From Terriglobales bacterium (GTDB taxonomy: Bacteria; Acidobacteriota; Aminicenantia; Aminicenantales; Saccharicenantaceae): 64,000 nt of DNA. Numbering within the stretch: the stretch's first letter is position 1; the number at the start of each line of letters is the position of its first letter. The stretch covers positions 24,633-88,632 of the forward strand of contig DATKJS010000095.1 of assembly GCA_035543515.1 (NCBI GenBank), given 5' to 3'. Of this stretch, positions 23,741 through 33,774 are shown piece after piece. A program made the translations under genes and the position numbers. Below the pieces are notes generated by a model, which ran no database searches, was not told where the DNA came from, and saw only the letters and a list, made by a program, of their open reading frames with translations.

Positions 23741-26413
23741 ATGAACCCGTGGCGCATCGGTCTTGTTCTCATTGCGCTTGCCTCTTCCTCGTTCGTCTTG
23801 GCCGAAGACAGACAAGCGCAGCCGCCTCGAAAGCCGGCCGAACCGCGTACCGTCCGGGCTGTCAGGGCCGCCGAAGCGATGACGATCGACGGCCGCCTGG
23901 AAGAAAACGTCTGGCAGACAGAGCCCGCCGAAGGCTTCACCCAGACCGACCCCCAGGACGGCGCCCCGGCGACCGAGCGAACCAAGGTCTGGGTGGCGTA
24001 TGACGACAAAGCCCTGTACGTGGCCGCGATGTGCTACGATTCCGAGCCCAACAAGATCATCGCCCGTCTGGGCCGCCGGGACGACAAGATGAATTCGGAT
24101 TGGTTTTACTTCGCCGTTGACCCCTATAACGATAAGAGGTCCGGATATGTCTTCGCCGTCAATCCGGCCGGTTCGACGATCGACGGCACGCTCTCGAACG
24201 ATGTCAATGAGGACGACACGTGGGACGGGGTCTGGGAATCCAAGGCCGTCAAGACCTCGGAAGGCTGGTCCCTCGAAATGCGGATCCCTTTCAGCCAGAT
24301 CCGCTTCCCCAAGAAGGATGAGTATGTCTGGGGCGTGAATTTCCGCCGCGTCATCATGCGAAAAAACGAGACCGTCAACTTCACCTGGGTGCCCAAGAGC
24401 GAGCAGGGCTACGTATCGAGGTTCGCTCTCCTCGAGGGGATCAAGGGGGTCAGTCCCGGCCGTCACATCGAGCTCATGCCCTACGTCGTCGGCGACGCCA
24501 GGTTCCAACCCGCCGAGGCCGGCAATCCCTTCCGAACCGGCCATCGGACGTACGGCAAGGCCGGGTTCGACCTCAAGCTCGGGCTTAAGACCAACTTGAC
24601 TCTGGATGCGACGGTCAACCCGGATTTCGGGCAGGTCGAGGTGGACCCCGCCGTTATCAACCTCACGGCCTTTGAAACCTATTACGATGAGAAGCGGCCG
24701 TTCTTCATCGAAGGGGCCTCGATCTTTAACGGGTTCGGCCAGGGAGGCTCGTACCTCAACGCCAACTTCGGCTGGCCTCAACCCAACTTTTTCTACAGCC
24801 GCCGCATCGGCCGGGCGCCGCAGGGCGATGTCACCCAGAATGGGTTTGTGGACTTCCCGGCCAGCACGAGCATCATAGGCGCGGCCAAGGCCACGGGCAA
24901 ATTGGGCGACTGGAATGTCGGATTCATCGAGGCCCTCACCGCCCGCGAGTATGCCGCCATCGACGATGAAGGAGCGCGGTCGAGCGAGGAGGTCGAACCC
25001 TTCTCGTCTTTCAGCGTCTTCCGCGCCCAGAAAGATATCAACAAGGGATTTCAGGGTTTCGGTCTGATCGCGAGCGCGGTCGGGCGCGACTTGCGGACCG
25101 AAGCCTTAAGGGGCGTTCTCAACAAGAACGGCTTCAGCCTGGCCTTCGACGGCTGGACGTTCCTCGACAAGAACCGCGACTGGGTGATCAGCGGCTGGGC
25201 CGGAGGGACGCGGGTCGAAGGCGCGGCCGACGACATGTTCCGTCTTCAAACGTCGTCCCTGCATTACTACCAGCGCCCGGACGTGACTCATGTCCATGTC
25301 GACCCTGCGGCCACATCACTCTCCGGTTGGGGCTCCCGCTTTAACTTGGCCAAGCAGAACGGCAGCGTTCTCTTCATTTTCCAGGCCGGGGCCCTCTCGC
25401 CGGGCTTCGATCCGAACGACATCGGCTTCCAGAATGCAGGTTCCGATATCGTCAATCTGACAGGCATCGTTGGGTACCAATGGACAAAGCCCGGGAAAAT
25501 CTTCCAGAACGCCCTCCTCGGCGTGGGCGCCGCCCAGAATTACGACTTCGGCTGGAATAAAGTCGGGGAGGGTGTGATCATTCCTTTCGATGGCACGCTG
25601 AGGAACTTTTGGCAATTCAACTCGACGTCCATTTTTCTGCCCGCCACGCTCAACAACCAGCTGACGCGCGGCGGTCCGATGGCCCTCACCCCGTCCGGCT
25701 GGCAGGAACAACTCACCTTAACCACGGATATCCGCCGGCCCGTCGTTCTTGACCTTTCCTTGACGGCTCAGGACGAGCCCAAGGACGGCCATCTCTCGAG
25801 GACTCAGCTGACCGCCACCTTCAAGCCGGCTCCCAATATCAGCCTTTCCATCGGACCTCAGGTCGGTTTCCAGACTACCAATACCCAATGGATCGGCGCG
25901 TTCGAGGATCCCCTGATGACGGCGACGTTCGGGAATCGCTATGTCTTCGGTCACCTCGACCAGAAGATCGTCTCGGCCGTGATCAGGATGACATGGGCGT
26001 TCACGCCCAAGCTGTCGCTTCAAGCCTATTTGCAGCCCTTCGTCGGAGCCGGCAAATACACCCAGTTCAGAGAGCTGGCGCGCGCGCGGGCTTATGATTA
26101 CAGCCTCTATGGTGAAGGCGGGTCGACGATCAGCTACGCCGATGGCAATTACACGGTCGATCCCGACGGCAGCGGGCCGGCGCCGGCCTTCTCCTTTGCC
26201 AACCCGGACTTCAACTACAAGTCCATGCGGGGAACGGTCGTGCTGCGGTGGGAATACCAGCCCGGCTCGCTGGTCTATTTCGTCTGGACGCAGAACCGCG
26301 CGGACTACTCCAACCCGGGGAACCTGCAGATCGGCCGTGACCTGGGCAGCCTCTTTTCCGCTCCCGGCGACAACATCTTCCTCCTCAAGATCTCCTACCG
26401 CTGGAACATGTGA
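23741..26413 (+). CDS. outer-membrane-type protein: CBM9-like N-terminal domain plus a large DUF5916-like beta-rich domain
   Basis: The signal peptide is MNPWRIGLVLIALASSSFVLA. The N-terminal domain carries IDGRLEENVW...GFTQTDPQDG...WVAYDDKALYVA...SDWFYFAVDPY. About 650 aa rich in alternating beta-strand patterns follow. Confidence 0.6.
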   Translation: MNPWRIGLVLIALASSSFVLAEDRQAQPPRKPAEPRTVRAVRAAEAMTIDGRLEENVWQTEPAEGFTQTDPQDGAPATERTKVWVAYDDKALYVAAMCYDSEPNKIIARLGRRDDKMNSDWFYFAVDPYNDKRSGYVFAVNPAGSTIDGTLSNDVNEDDTWDGVWESKAVKTSEGWSLEMRIPFSQIRFPKKDEYVWGVNFRRVIMRKNETVNFTWVPKSEQGYVSRFALLEGIKGVSPGRHIELMPYVVGDARFQPAEAGNPFRTGHRTYGKAGFDLKLGLKTNLTLDATVNPDFGQVEVDPAVINLTAFETYYDEKRPFFIEGASIFNGFGQGGSYLNANFGWPQPNFFYSRRIGRAPQGDVTQNGFVDFPASTSIIGAAKATGKLGDWNVGFIEALTAREYAAIDDEGARSSEEVEPFSSFSVFRAQKDINKGFQGFGLIASAVGRDLRTEALRGVLNKNGFSLAFDGWTFLDKNRDWVISGWAGGTRVEGAADDMFRLQTSSLHYYQRPDVTHVHVDPAATSLSGWGSRFNLAKQNGSVLFIFQAGALSPGFDPNDIGFQNAGSDIVNLTGIVGYQWTKPGKIFQNALLGVGAAQNYDFGWNKVGEGVIIPFDGTLRNFWQFNSTSIFLPATLNNQLTRGGPMALTPSGWQEQLTLTTDIRRPVVLDLSLTAQDEPKDGHLSRTQLTATFKPAPNISLSIGPQVGFQTTNTQWIGAFEDPLMTATFGNRYVFGHLDQKIVSAVIRMTWAFTPKLSLQAYLQPFVGAGKYTQFRELARARAYDYSLYGEGGSTISYADGNYTVDPDGSGPAPAFSFANPDFNYKSMRGTVVLRWEYQPGSLVYFVWTQNRADYSNPGNLQIGRDLGSLFSAPGDNIFLLKISYRWNM

Positions 26414-26695
26414 GCGGGTCGCTGCGAAGCACCCGTGACCTGCCTCCGCTCAATGGACGACCTCTGAAGCGCGAGATTCAAGCCTGAGGGTCTCGCCCGA
26501 AGACTGGCCCAGGCGTGCTTCTCAAGATCTAACTAGGACCATACGGAGTACGCCAACCGGCGGACCCTCCGACTGAAGAGCGCTGCCCGGCCGATTTCCA
26601 CAGCCCCTTCAGGGGCAGGGGGGAGTCCGCGTGAATTAACGCAATCTTGATTCTCCCTTCATTGAGAACTATCGTTTCCCGGCTATCCTCGGGGC

Positions 26696-27563
26696 ATGCC
26701 GACATGGGTCTTGACTGCGCTATTGGAGCTATCGTTCTCGGTGCTGATCCTCTATGTGATCTTCACCGTGGAGTACCGTCCGGCCAAGAACAAGGGGAAG
26801 GTTGCTCTGCCCGCCGAGGCGCCCTTGGTCAGCATCCTCAAGCCGTTGCGCGCCATGGACGACGACCTCCAATGCAACCTGGAATCTTAATTACCGGCTG
26901 GAGTGTCCCCGCTACGAGGTCCTTTTCGGCGCGGACCGCGACAACGATCCCTGTGTCAGGATGATCCACCGGCTCGCGCGCAGGCACCCCGACGTGCCGA
27001 CCTTCCTCATCGTGACCGGGAATTCCTGCGTCGAAAATCCCAAGATCCATAAGCTCTCCAGGCTCGAACCCTTGAGCCGCGGCGAGCTGTTCTGGGTCAC
27101 GGACTCCAACATCCGCGTGGACCCCGGGACCCTCAGCCGGCTGGCCGGGACCTACCTCGCCAAGGACGCCAAGATCGTCTTCTCGCCGATTCGGGGGACC
27201 TCCAGCCGCAGCCTGGGGAGCCTCATGGACACTACGGGCCTGAACTTCTTCACGTCCGGGAACATCATGAGCGCGTGGGCCCTTCTCGGGCTGCCCATCA
27301 TCGTCGGCAAGTCCATGCTCATCGAGCGGGCCGCGCTCGACACGTTCGCTGGCTTCGCTTATTTCAAGAACTACCTGGCCGAGGATTTCCTGCTCCGCTT
27401 TCCGGCCGCCGTCGTGCTCAAGGACCTCCTGCTTTTCGGCGTCTACCTGACGCCGTTCTTCAGCCGGAGCGTCCGCTGGCGTCGGGAGAAGATCGGCATC
27501 GGCCGTGGGACCTTGATCGCGCTCCCCCATAACGTGGATGATCTGGTCCATGAGGGAGCGTAG
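26696..27563 (+). pseudogene. frameshifted and internally shortened GT2/GT21 (ceramide-glucosyltransferase-like) glycosyltransferase gene
   Basis: Frame 1 gives PLVSILKPLRAMDDDLQCNLES*. The family continuation NYRLECPRYEVLFGADRDNDP... is in another frame, with the break near 26880-26895. After YLAEDFLL the usual ~150 aa, including the Q/RxxRW region and TM helices, are reduced to about 50 aa. Confidence 0.6.
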
Positions 27564-27591
27564 CGGGAAGGCCTAGGTCGTCGCCGTCCTC

Positions 27592-28094
27592 ATGGGTCTC
27601 GGCCACCTGAGGGCGGCCTATCCTCTGAGGGACATCGCCGAGGGGGAGATCATCCTCTACGGGTCGCGGCGCTTCACTCCCCCCGCCGAATACCGCCGCT
27701 GGCGGAGGATCCGGCGCTCCTATTACCTCTTCTCCAGGGCCGGAAGGGTCCCCGTCGTGGGCCGCGCCATGCTGGCCCTGATGCTGGCCCGGGAAAAGAT
27801 CCCGCCCCTCTACCCGCGGAAGGACCGTTCCCACCGAACGCGGCCGTCCGCTGCCTTGAATCCTTGATCGAAAAGAAAGGCCTGTGCGCCGCCCTGAGGG
27901 ACAAGGTCCAGGAGGTCGACAACCCCGTCCTCCACACGTTCTATGCCACGGCCATCGCCCTGGATCGGACGGCTCCTCAAAACGGGCGAATTCGCCGAAG
28001 GCCAGGGCCCGCTCGAGCAGTAGGGGAGCGGCCGGTCCGGGGGACTCGGAATGGCAATAACCCCAGTTTTAACCAAGACTTGAGCCTTTCTTAA
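27592..28094 (+). pseudogene. decayed gene in two frames, with a G-x-GH N-terminal motif (GT-B / MGDG-synthase-like; tentative)
   Basis: ORF A gives (VVAVL)MGLGHLRAAYPLRDIAEGEIILYG...YPRKDRS. The sequence continues in another frame as PNAAVRCLESLIEKKGLCAALRDKVQEVDNPVLHTFYATAIALDR. It then degenerates into Arg/Gly/Pro-rich residues. Total length is far below that of a GT-B enzyme. Confidence 0.45.
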
Positions 28095-28111
28095 TCGTCA
28101 CTTAACATTCG
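28068..28111 (+). promoter_or_regulatory. candidate Pho box: four contiguous 11-bp direct repeats
   Basis: The repeats are TTTAACCAAGA, CTTGAGCCTTT, CTTAATCGTCA and CTTAACATTCG, arranged head to tail. They lie 116-159 nt upstream of the porin ATG and are followed by CATATT (28115-28120). Confidence 0.55.
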
Positions 28112-28226
28112 ACCCATATTCTTGACGCGAACCATGCGGTTCCCTCCCGAGAGCGCCAAGTCAAGGGAGGTCAAGGTGCACCGAATCTTGGCTCGAAAAA
28201 CCAGGCAAAAGAAAGGAGACAGCAGA

Positions 28227-29432
28227 ATGAAGAAAGGACAAAGGCTCAGTCTGGCTCTCCTTCTGGTCCTGACCGCCTCCTCGGCGCTCATGGCTCAGAC
28301 GGCGACGCCCCCGCCCCAGACCTTCAGTGCAACGGTCTACCTGGACTACAGATTCTTCCTGTCCAGCGGCGGCCCCATCACCCTCAAGCCGACGAACCCG
28401 GCAGATACGTACCTCAACAACCAGTTCGTCTTCCGCCGGGCCTACTTCACCTACGAGAACAAGATCAACGACAACCTGAAATTCCGGTTCCGGCTCGATG
28501 CCGACAACACGGCCAACGTCACGGGTGTCAGTCTGTCCAACCCGACGCCGCCGGCCACCCTCCCCGGGGTCACCCTGAGCAAGGACGACAAGCTCCGCCC
28601 CTACATGAAGCACCTCTATTTCGAATGGTCCAATTTCCTGTTCGAGAACCAGACCCTGAACGTCGGCATGGAGGAGACCCTGACCTTCAAGCTCGCCGAG
28701 GACCGCTGGAACTATCGCAGCGTGGCCAAGACGATCGTCGACGGCTACAAGGACATCACCGGCGTCGATATCAGGGCCTCGAGCGCGGACATCGGCGTTA
28801 GCCTCAAGGGCAACCTCATGAAGTACCTCCGCTACGGCATCCAGGTCGTCAACGGCGGCGGCTACACCCACCTCGAGACCGACAAGTACAAGAAGCTCGA
28901 GGGCTATCTCCACTTCGTGCCCGTGGCCGGGTTCTCCGTATTCGGCTACGCGGACTACGAGCCCCAGCAGTACAAGGCCAATCCCCTCGCCATCAGCAAC
29001 CCGAACGCCTATACGTTCAAGCTCGACTCGTATTTCGAGATGATCAAGGGCCTCGTCGTGGCCGGCGAGTGGTTCACTTACAAGAACGACCTCAATCAGT
29101 ACACGAAGCCCGGCGATACGGTCGCCCAGAAGTATAACGTTTCGGGCTGGTCGGTCTTCGGGCGCTACAACCTCATGCCGGACAAGCTGAACGCGTTCGC
29201 CCGCTACGACAGCTACACGCCGAACAACCATTTCGTCAGCTCGACGGGGCTGGCGAAGGCCAAGGACCTCAGCCTCGTGATCCTGGGCCTCGACTGGGCT
29301 CCGCTCCACTCGAGCCTCAAGTTCCAGCCGAACGTCTGGATCTACAACTACAAGGACGGACATCAGTACAAGGCGACGGCCACGTCGAACACCGACGTTC
29401 AATTCAACATGACGTTTTTCCTGGCCTTCTAA
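28227..29432 (+). CDS. outer-membrane porin, probably phosphate-selective (OprO/OprP-like by context)
   Basis: The signal peptide is MKKGQRLSLALLLVLTASSALMA. The ATG at 28227 is preceded by AAAGGAG. The protein shows alternating beta-strand patterns and ends in C-terminal ...FFLAF. It lies directly upstream of pstS. Confidence 0.6.
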   Translation: MKKGQRLSLALLLVLTASSALMAQTATPPPQTFSATVYLDYRFFLSSGGPITLKPTNPADTYLNNQFVFRRAYFTYENKINDNLKFRFRLDADNTANVTGVSLSNPTPPATLPGVTLSKDDKLRPYMKHLYFEWSNFLFENQTLNVGMEETLTFKLAEDRWNYRSVAKTIVDGYKDITGVDIRASSADIGVSLKGNLMKYLRYGIQVVNGGGYTHLETDKYKKLEGYLHFVPVAGFSVFGYADYEPQQYKANPLAISNPNAYTFKLDSYFEMIKGLVVAGEWFTYKNDLNQYTKPGDTVAQKYNVSGWSVFGRYNLMPDKLNAFARYDSYTPNNHFVSSTGLAKAKDLSLVILGLDWAPLHSSLKFQPNVWIYNYKDGHQYKATATSNTDVQFNMTFFLAF

Positions 29433-29447
29433 CGGACATTGCACAAC

Positions 29448-29494
29448 GATTCCCCCTGTCTCCCCCTTGGTTTCCGGGGGGGAGCGGGGGAGTC
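29448..29494 (+). promoter_or_regulatory. long imperfect stem-loop between the porin gene and pstS, with no U-tract
   Basis: The arms are GATTCCCCCTGTCTCCCCC and GGGGGGGAGCGGGGGAGTC. They form 8 bp, a 2x2 internal loop and 9 bp around a 9-nt loop. Confidence 0.5.
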
Positions 29495-29529
29495 CGAGAT
29501 AGAACGCCTGAAAGAAATGGAGGAATGAA

Positions 29530-30426
29530 ATGAAAAAGACACTCGTCATCACCCTGGCGGTCGTCGGCCTCCTGGCGGCGGTCCTCATGGCCTCCCCGGC
29601 GGGCAAGATGATCCAGGTCAAGGGCTCGGACACCCTGGTCAACCTCGTCCAGATCCTGGCCGAGGAGTACATGGCCCAGAACCCCGGCGTGAAAATTGCG
29701 GTTCTCGGCGGCGGGTCCGGCACCGGCATCACCGGTCTCATCAACCAGACCTGCGACATCGCGGACCATTCGCGCGAGTGGAAGAAGAAAGAGATCGACC
29801 AGGCCTGGGAGAAGGGCGTCAGCCCGAGGTTCTTCGTCATCGCCGTCGACGGCCTGAGCATCATCGTCAACGAGAAGAACACGCTCGAGAAGCTCACCAT
29901 GGCCCAGGTCGGCGCCCTCTACCGCGGCGAGATCAAGAACTGGAAGGCCCTCGGCGGGCCGGACAAGGGCGTCTCGCTCTACGGCCGGCAGTCCAACTCC
30001 GGCACGTACACCTTCATGCAGGAGCACGTCCTTGGCAACAAGAACTACTCGACCGACATGAAGGAGATGAACGGCAACGCCCAGATCATCGACGGCGTCA
30101 TCCAGGACGAAGGCGCGGTCGGCTACGTCGGCGTCGGCTACCTCTACGACAAGGACGGCAAGATCCGCTCCGGGCTCAAGATCCTGAACATCTCCAAGGA
30201 GCCCAACGGCCAGGCCTACTCCCCGCTGGACAAGGAAGCCGTGGACACGAAGAAGTACCCCGTCTCGCGGCCCCTCTACCAGGCCGTCAACGGCAAGCCG
30301 TCCGGCGACATCCTCAAGTTCCTGCAGTGGGAAACGGGACCGGAAGGCCAGAAAATCGTCGCGCGCGAAGGCTTCTACACAATCGGCGGCGAATACGTGG
30401 CCCTGAACGACAAGAATTTCAAATGA
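29530..30426 (+). CDS. pstS: phosphate ABC transporter substrate-binding protein
   Basis: A signal peptide is present. The motif is IQVKGSDTLVNLVQILAEEY...GGGSGTGI...FVIAVDGLSIIVN. GGAGGA lies upstream of the ATG. Confidence 0.9.
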   Translation: MKKTLVITLAVVGLLAAVLMASPAGKMIQVKGSDTLVNLVQILAEEYMAQNPGVKIAVLGGGSGTGITGLINQTCDIADHSREWKKKEIDQAWEKGVSPRFFVIAVDGLSIIVNEKNTLEKLTMAQVGALYRGEIKNWKALGGPDKGVSLYGRQSNSGTYTFMQEHVLGNKNYSTDMKEMNGNAQIIDGVIQDEGAVGYVGVGYLYDKDGKIRSGLKILNISKEPNGQAYSPLDKEAVDTKKYPVSRPLYQAVNGKPSGDILKFLQWETGPEGQKIVAREGFYTIGGEYVALNDKNFK

Positions 30427-30488
30427 GCTCTTGACGGCTCCCACGGGGGACCGTAAAGTGGATCTGTCAGAAAGGCCCTGGTCGTGCG

Positions 30489-31382
30489 ATGAAGAGGAAG
30501 CGTTTCGCCCGCCTCAAGGAATCGGCGATCAGGGCCTTCTTCTTTTCTTCCGGGGTCCTGGCCATCCTCGTGCTGCTGGGGATCTTCGCGACGCTGCTCT
30601 ACACGGCCATCCCCGCGTTCAAGGAGATCCGTCTCTCGGAATTCCTCCTGAAGGTTAACTGGGACCCGACCTCGCCGGAAAAGGCCGAGTACGGCATCCT
30701 GTCCATGATCGTCAGCACGCTCATGGTGACCGGCGGGGCCCTCCTGCTGGCCGTTCCCATCGGGATCGGCGTTGCCGCCTACCTCTCGGATGTCGCCCAC
30801 TGGCGGGTCCGGGAGATCGTCAAGCCCATCGTCGAGATCCTGGCCGCCGTCCCCTCGGTCGTCGTCGGCTTCCTGGGCATCGTCCTCTTCGGGCCCGCCA
30901 TCGCCAAGATCTTCCATATCGGCAACGGCCTGAACGCCCTCAACGGCAGCATCCTCCTGGCCATCATGTCCCTGCCGACCATCATCAGCATCTCCGAGGA
31001 CTCGCTGAACGCCGTCCCCCTCGCCTACAACGAAGCCTCCCTGGCGCTCGGCGCCTCGCGGTGGCAGACGCTCGTCCGGGTCAAGGTCCCGGCGGCCCTG
31101 TCCGGGATCATCGCCGCCTGCATGCTCGGCATGGGCCGGGCCATCGGGGAGACCATGACCGTCCTCATGGCCACGGGGAACGCCCGGAGCTTCCCGCACG
31201 GCTTCCTGAGCTCGGTCCGGACCATGACCGCCAATATCGCCATCGAGCTCGGCGAAGTCCCCTATTATACGACGCACTATTACGCGCTCTTCGCCATCGG
31301 CCTCGTCCTCTTCGTCATGACCTTCATCGTCAACATGGCCGCCGACATCATCCTCCACAAGTACCAGGAGCGGGAGCAGTGA
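30489..31382 (+). CDS. pstC: phosphate ABC transporter permease PstC
   Basis: 297 aa with 6 TM segments. The EAA-type loop is [22 protein letters not shown]. Confidence 0.9.
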   Translation: MKRKRFARLKESAIRAFFFSSGVLAILVLLGIFATLLYTAIPAFKEIRLSEFLLKVNWDPTSPEKAEYGILSMIVSTLMVTGGALLLAVPIGIGVAAYLSDVAHWRVREIVKPIVEILAAVPSVVVGFLGIVLFGPAIAKIFHIGNGLNALNGSILLAIMSLPTIISISEDSLNAVPLAYNEASLALGASRWQTLVRVKVPAALSGIIAACMLGMGRAIGETMTVLMATGNARSFPHGFLSSVRTMTANIAIELGEVPYYTTHYYALFAIGLVLFVMTFIVNMAADIILHKYQEREQ

Positions 31383-32239
31383 AACAGGCCACGCGGAGAA
31401 AGATCGCCCAGGCCCTCGGCTTTTTCTTCCTCCGCGTCTGCCTCTACCTCGTCCTGGCCGTCCTTCTCCTCTTCCTCTACGACATCGGGCGCAAGGGCGG
31501 CGGCGCGATCAGCTGGCAGTTCCTGACCCAGGCCCCGCGGAAGGGAATGACGCAGGGGGGGATCTTCCCGGCCATTTTCGGGACATTTCTCGTGACGGTC
31601 ATCACGGCCATCCTGGCCGTGCCCCTGGGCATGTGCTCCGCGATCTACCTCAACGAGTACGCGACCCAGGGCCGATTGACCCGCCTCATCCGGCTGTCCA
31701 TCCGGAACCTGTCCGGGGTGCCGTCCATCGTCTACGGCCTGTTCGGCGTCATCCTGTTCGTCAATATCATGCGCTTCGGGACGTCCGTCCTCTCCGCCGG
31801 CCTCACCTTGGGGCTCATGACGCTCCCCTGGACCATCACGGCCAGCGAGGAGGCCCTGAAGACCGTCCCCAATTCCTACCGGGAAGGCTCGCTCGCGCTC
31901 GGGGCGACCAAGTGGCAGTCGATCCGGACCAACGTCCTGCCCTACGCCGTTCCCGGCATGCTGACGGGGACCGTCCTGGGGCTGGCCAGGGCGGCCGGAG
32001 AGACGGCGCCCATCCTCTTCACCGGGGCCGCCTTCTTCCTGCCCTATCTTCCGAAATCCCTGGGAGACCAGTTCATGGCGCTCCCTTACCATCTCTACAT
32101 CATGGCCACCCAGCACCATCAGATCGAACAGGTCCGGCCGATCGCCTATGGAACAGCCCTGGTCCTCATCGCTCTGGTCCTGGGAATGAACATGACGGCC
32201 ATCGTCATCCGGTTCAGGCTGAGAAGGAAGCGCCGATGA
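31379..32239 (+). CDS. pstA: phosphate ABC transporter permease PstA
   Basis: The GTG at 31379 overlaps the pstC stop. The motif is [22 protein letters not shown]. The longer ORF-track extension overlaps pstC and is rejected. Confidence 0.88.
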   Translation: MKQATRRKIAQALGFFFLRVCLYLVLAVLLLFLYDIGRKGGGAISWQFLTQAPRKGMTQGGIFPAIFGTFLVTVITAILAVPLGMCSAIYLNEYATQGRLTRLIRLSIRNLSGVPSIVYGLFGVILFVNIMRFGTSVLSAGLTLGLMTLPWTITASEEALKTVPNSYREGSLALGATKWQSIRTNVLPYAVPGMLTGTVLGLARAAGETAPILFTGAAFFLPYLPKSLGDQFMALPYHLYIMATQHHQIEQVRPIAYGTALVLIALVLGMNMTAIVIRFRLRRKRR

Positions 32240-33006
32240 GCGACGGAACGAATCCCGCCAAGATCGAGACCAAGAGCCTGATTTTCTATTACGGCACGAC
32301 TCCGGCCCTGAAGAGCGTCACCCTGGCCTGCCCGGAGAACCGGGTCACGGCCATCATCGGGCCGTCGGGCTGCGGCAAGTCGACCTTCATCCGGACGCTC
32401 AACCGGATGAACGACGTCGTCGCCGGGACCCGCGTCGAGGGGCAGATCCTCCTCGACGGCAAGAACATCCACGACCCCGACGTGGACGTGGTCGAGCTCC
32501 GGCGCCGGGTCGGCATGGTCTTCCAGAAACCCAATCCCTTCCCCAAGTCGATCTTCGACAACATCGCCTACGGGCTCCGCATCAACGGGATGAAGGACCA
32601 CCGGAAGCTGGAGGAGGTCGTGGAGAAGAGCCTCCGCGGATCGGCCCTCTGGGAGGAGGTCAAGGACAGGCTCGAGGAGAACGCCTTCGCCCTGTCCGGA
32701 GGGCAGCAGCAGCGGCTCTGCATCGCCCGCTCTCTGGCCGTCGAACCCGAGGTCATCCTCTTCGACGAACCCTGCTCGGCCATCGACCCCATCGCCACGG
32801 CGAAGATCGAGGACTTGATTCACGAGCTCAAAAAAAGCTACACTGTCGTCATCGTGACTCACAACATGCAGCAGGCGGCCCGCGTCTCGGACTTCACCGC
32901 CTTCATGATGCTTGGGGAGCTCATCGAGCACGACGCCACGGAGAAGATCTTCACCAACCCCGCTAGCAAGCTGACAGAAGATTACGTCACCGGACGGTTC
33001 GGGTGA
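32236..33006 (+). CDS. pstB: phosphate ABC transporter ATP-binding protein
   Basis: The start overlaps the pstA stop as ATGA. Walker A is GPSGCGKST, the ABC signature is LSGGQQQRL, and Walker B is ILFDEP. Confidence 0.95.
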   Translation: MSDGTNPAKIETKSLIFYYGTTPALKSVTLACPENRVTAIIGPSGCGKSTFIRTLNRMNDVVAGTRVEGQILLDGKNIHDPDVDVVELRRRVGMVFQKPNPFPKSIFDNIAYGLRINGMKDHRKLEEVVEKSLRGSALWEEVKDRLEENAFALSGGQQQRLCIARSLAVEPEVILFDEPCSAIDPIATAKIEDLIHELKKSYTVVIVTHNMQQAARVSDFTAFMMLGELIEHDATEKIFTNPASKLTEDYVTGRFG

Positions 33007-33035
33007 CCCGGGCGGGAGCGAGCCGAGGAGGACCG

Positions 33036-33743
33036 ATGTCGAGACCCGAACGCGCCTTCGATGAAGAGCTCAAGGAGCTCAAGGAGAAGCTCCTGGAGAT
33101 GGCGTCGCGGGCCGAGGAGCAGATCGGCCTGGCCGTGCGCAGCCTCAGGGACCGGAAGCGCGAGCAGGCTTGCGAGGTCCTGGAGAAAGAGGAAGACATC
33201 AACCGGCTGGACATCGAGATCGACGAGAAGGCCATGCGGATGCTGGCCCTCCGCCAGCCCATGGCCGCCGACCTCCGTTTCATCACCGGCGGCATGAAGA
33301 TCTCGAGCGACCTCGAGCGGATCGGGGACCTGGCCGTCAATATCGCCGAGCGGACCCTCGAGTTGCTCAAGTTCCCGCAACTCAAGCCGCTCATCGACAT
33401 CCCGCGGATGGCCGAAATGGCCCAGGGCATGGTCCGGGACGCCCTCAATTCTTTCGTCAATGGGGACGCGGACCTGGCCCGGAACGTGGTCCTGAGGGAC
33501 GACGAGGTCGACAACCTCAACCAGCAGATCTTCCGGGAGCTCCTGACCTACATGATGGAGAACCCGGCGACCATCACCCGCGCCGTTGACCTCATCCTGG
33601 TCGGCCGCCACCTGGAGAGGATCGCCGACCACGCCACGAACATCGCCGAGGACGTCATCTACATGGTCAAGGGCAAGACGATCAAGCACCACATCGAGGA
33701 GGGCCGCTTTACGGGCCTCAAGGGGTGCCCGCCGAAGAAGTGA
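33036..33743 (+). CDS. phoU: phosphate signalling complex protein PhoU
   Basis: Two PhoU repeats are present, with DEIDE-type and ERIGD/ERIADH motifs. I chose the ATG at 33036, with GAGGAGGA upstream. Confidence 0.9.
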   Translation: MSRPERAFDEELKELKEKLLEMASRAEEQIGLAVRSLRDRKREQACEVLEKEEDINRLDIEIDEKAMRMLALRQPMAADLRFITGGMKISSDLERIGDLAVNIAERTLELLKFPQLKPLIDIPRMAEMAQGMVRDALNSFVNGDADLARNVVLRDDEVDNLNQQIFRELLTYMMENPATITRAVDLILVGRHLERIADHATNIAEDVIYMVKGKTIKHHIEEGRFTGLKGCPPKK

Positions 33744-33774
33744 CCTCTGTGGGCGCCCCCGCCGCCGCGGCCGC

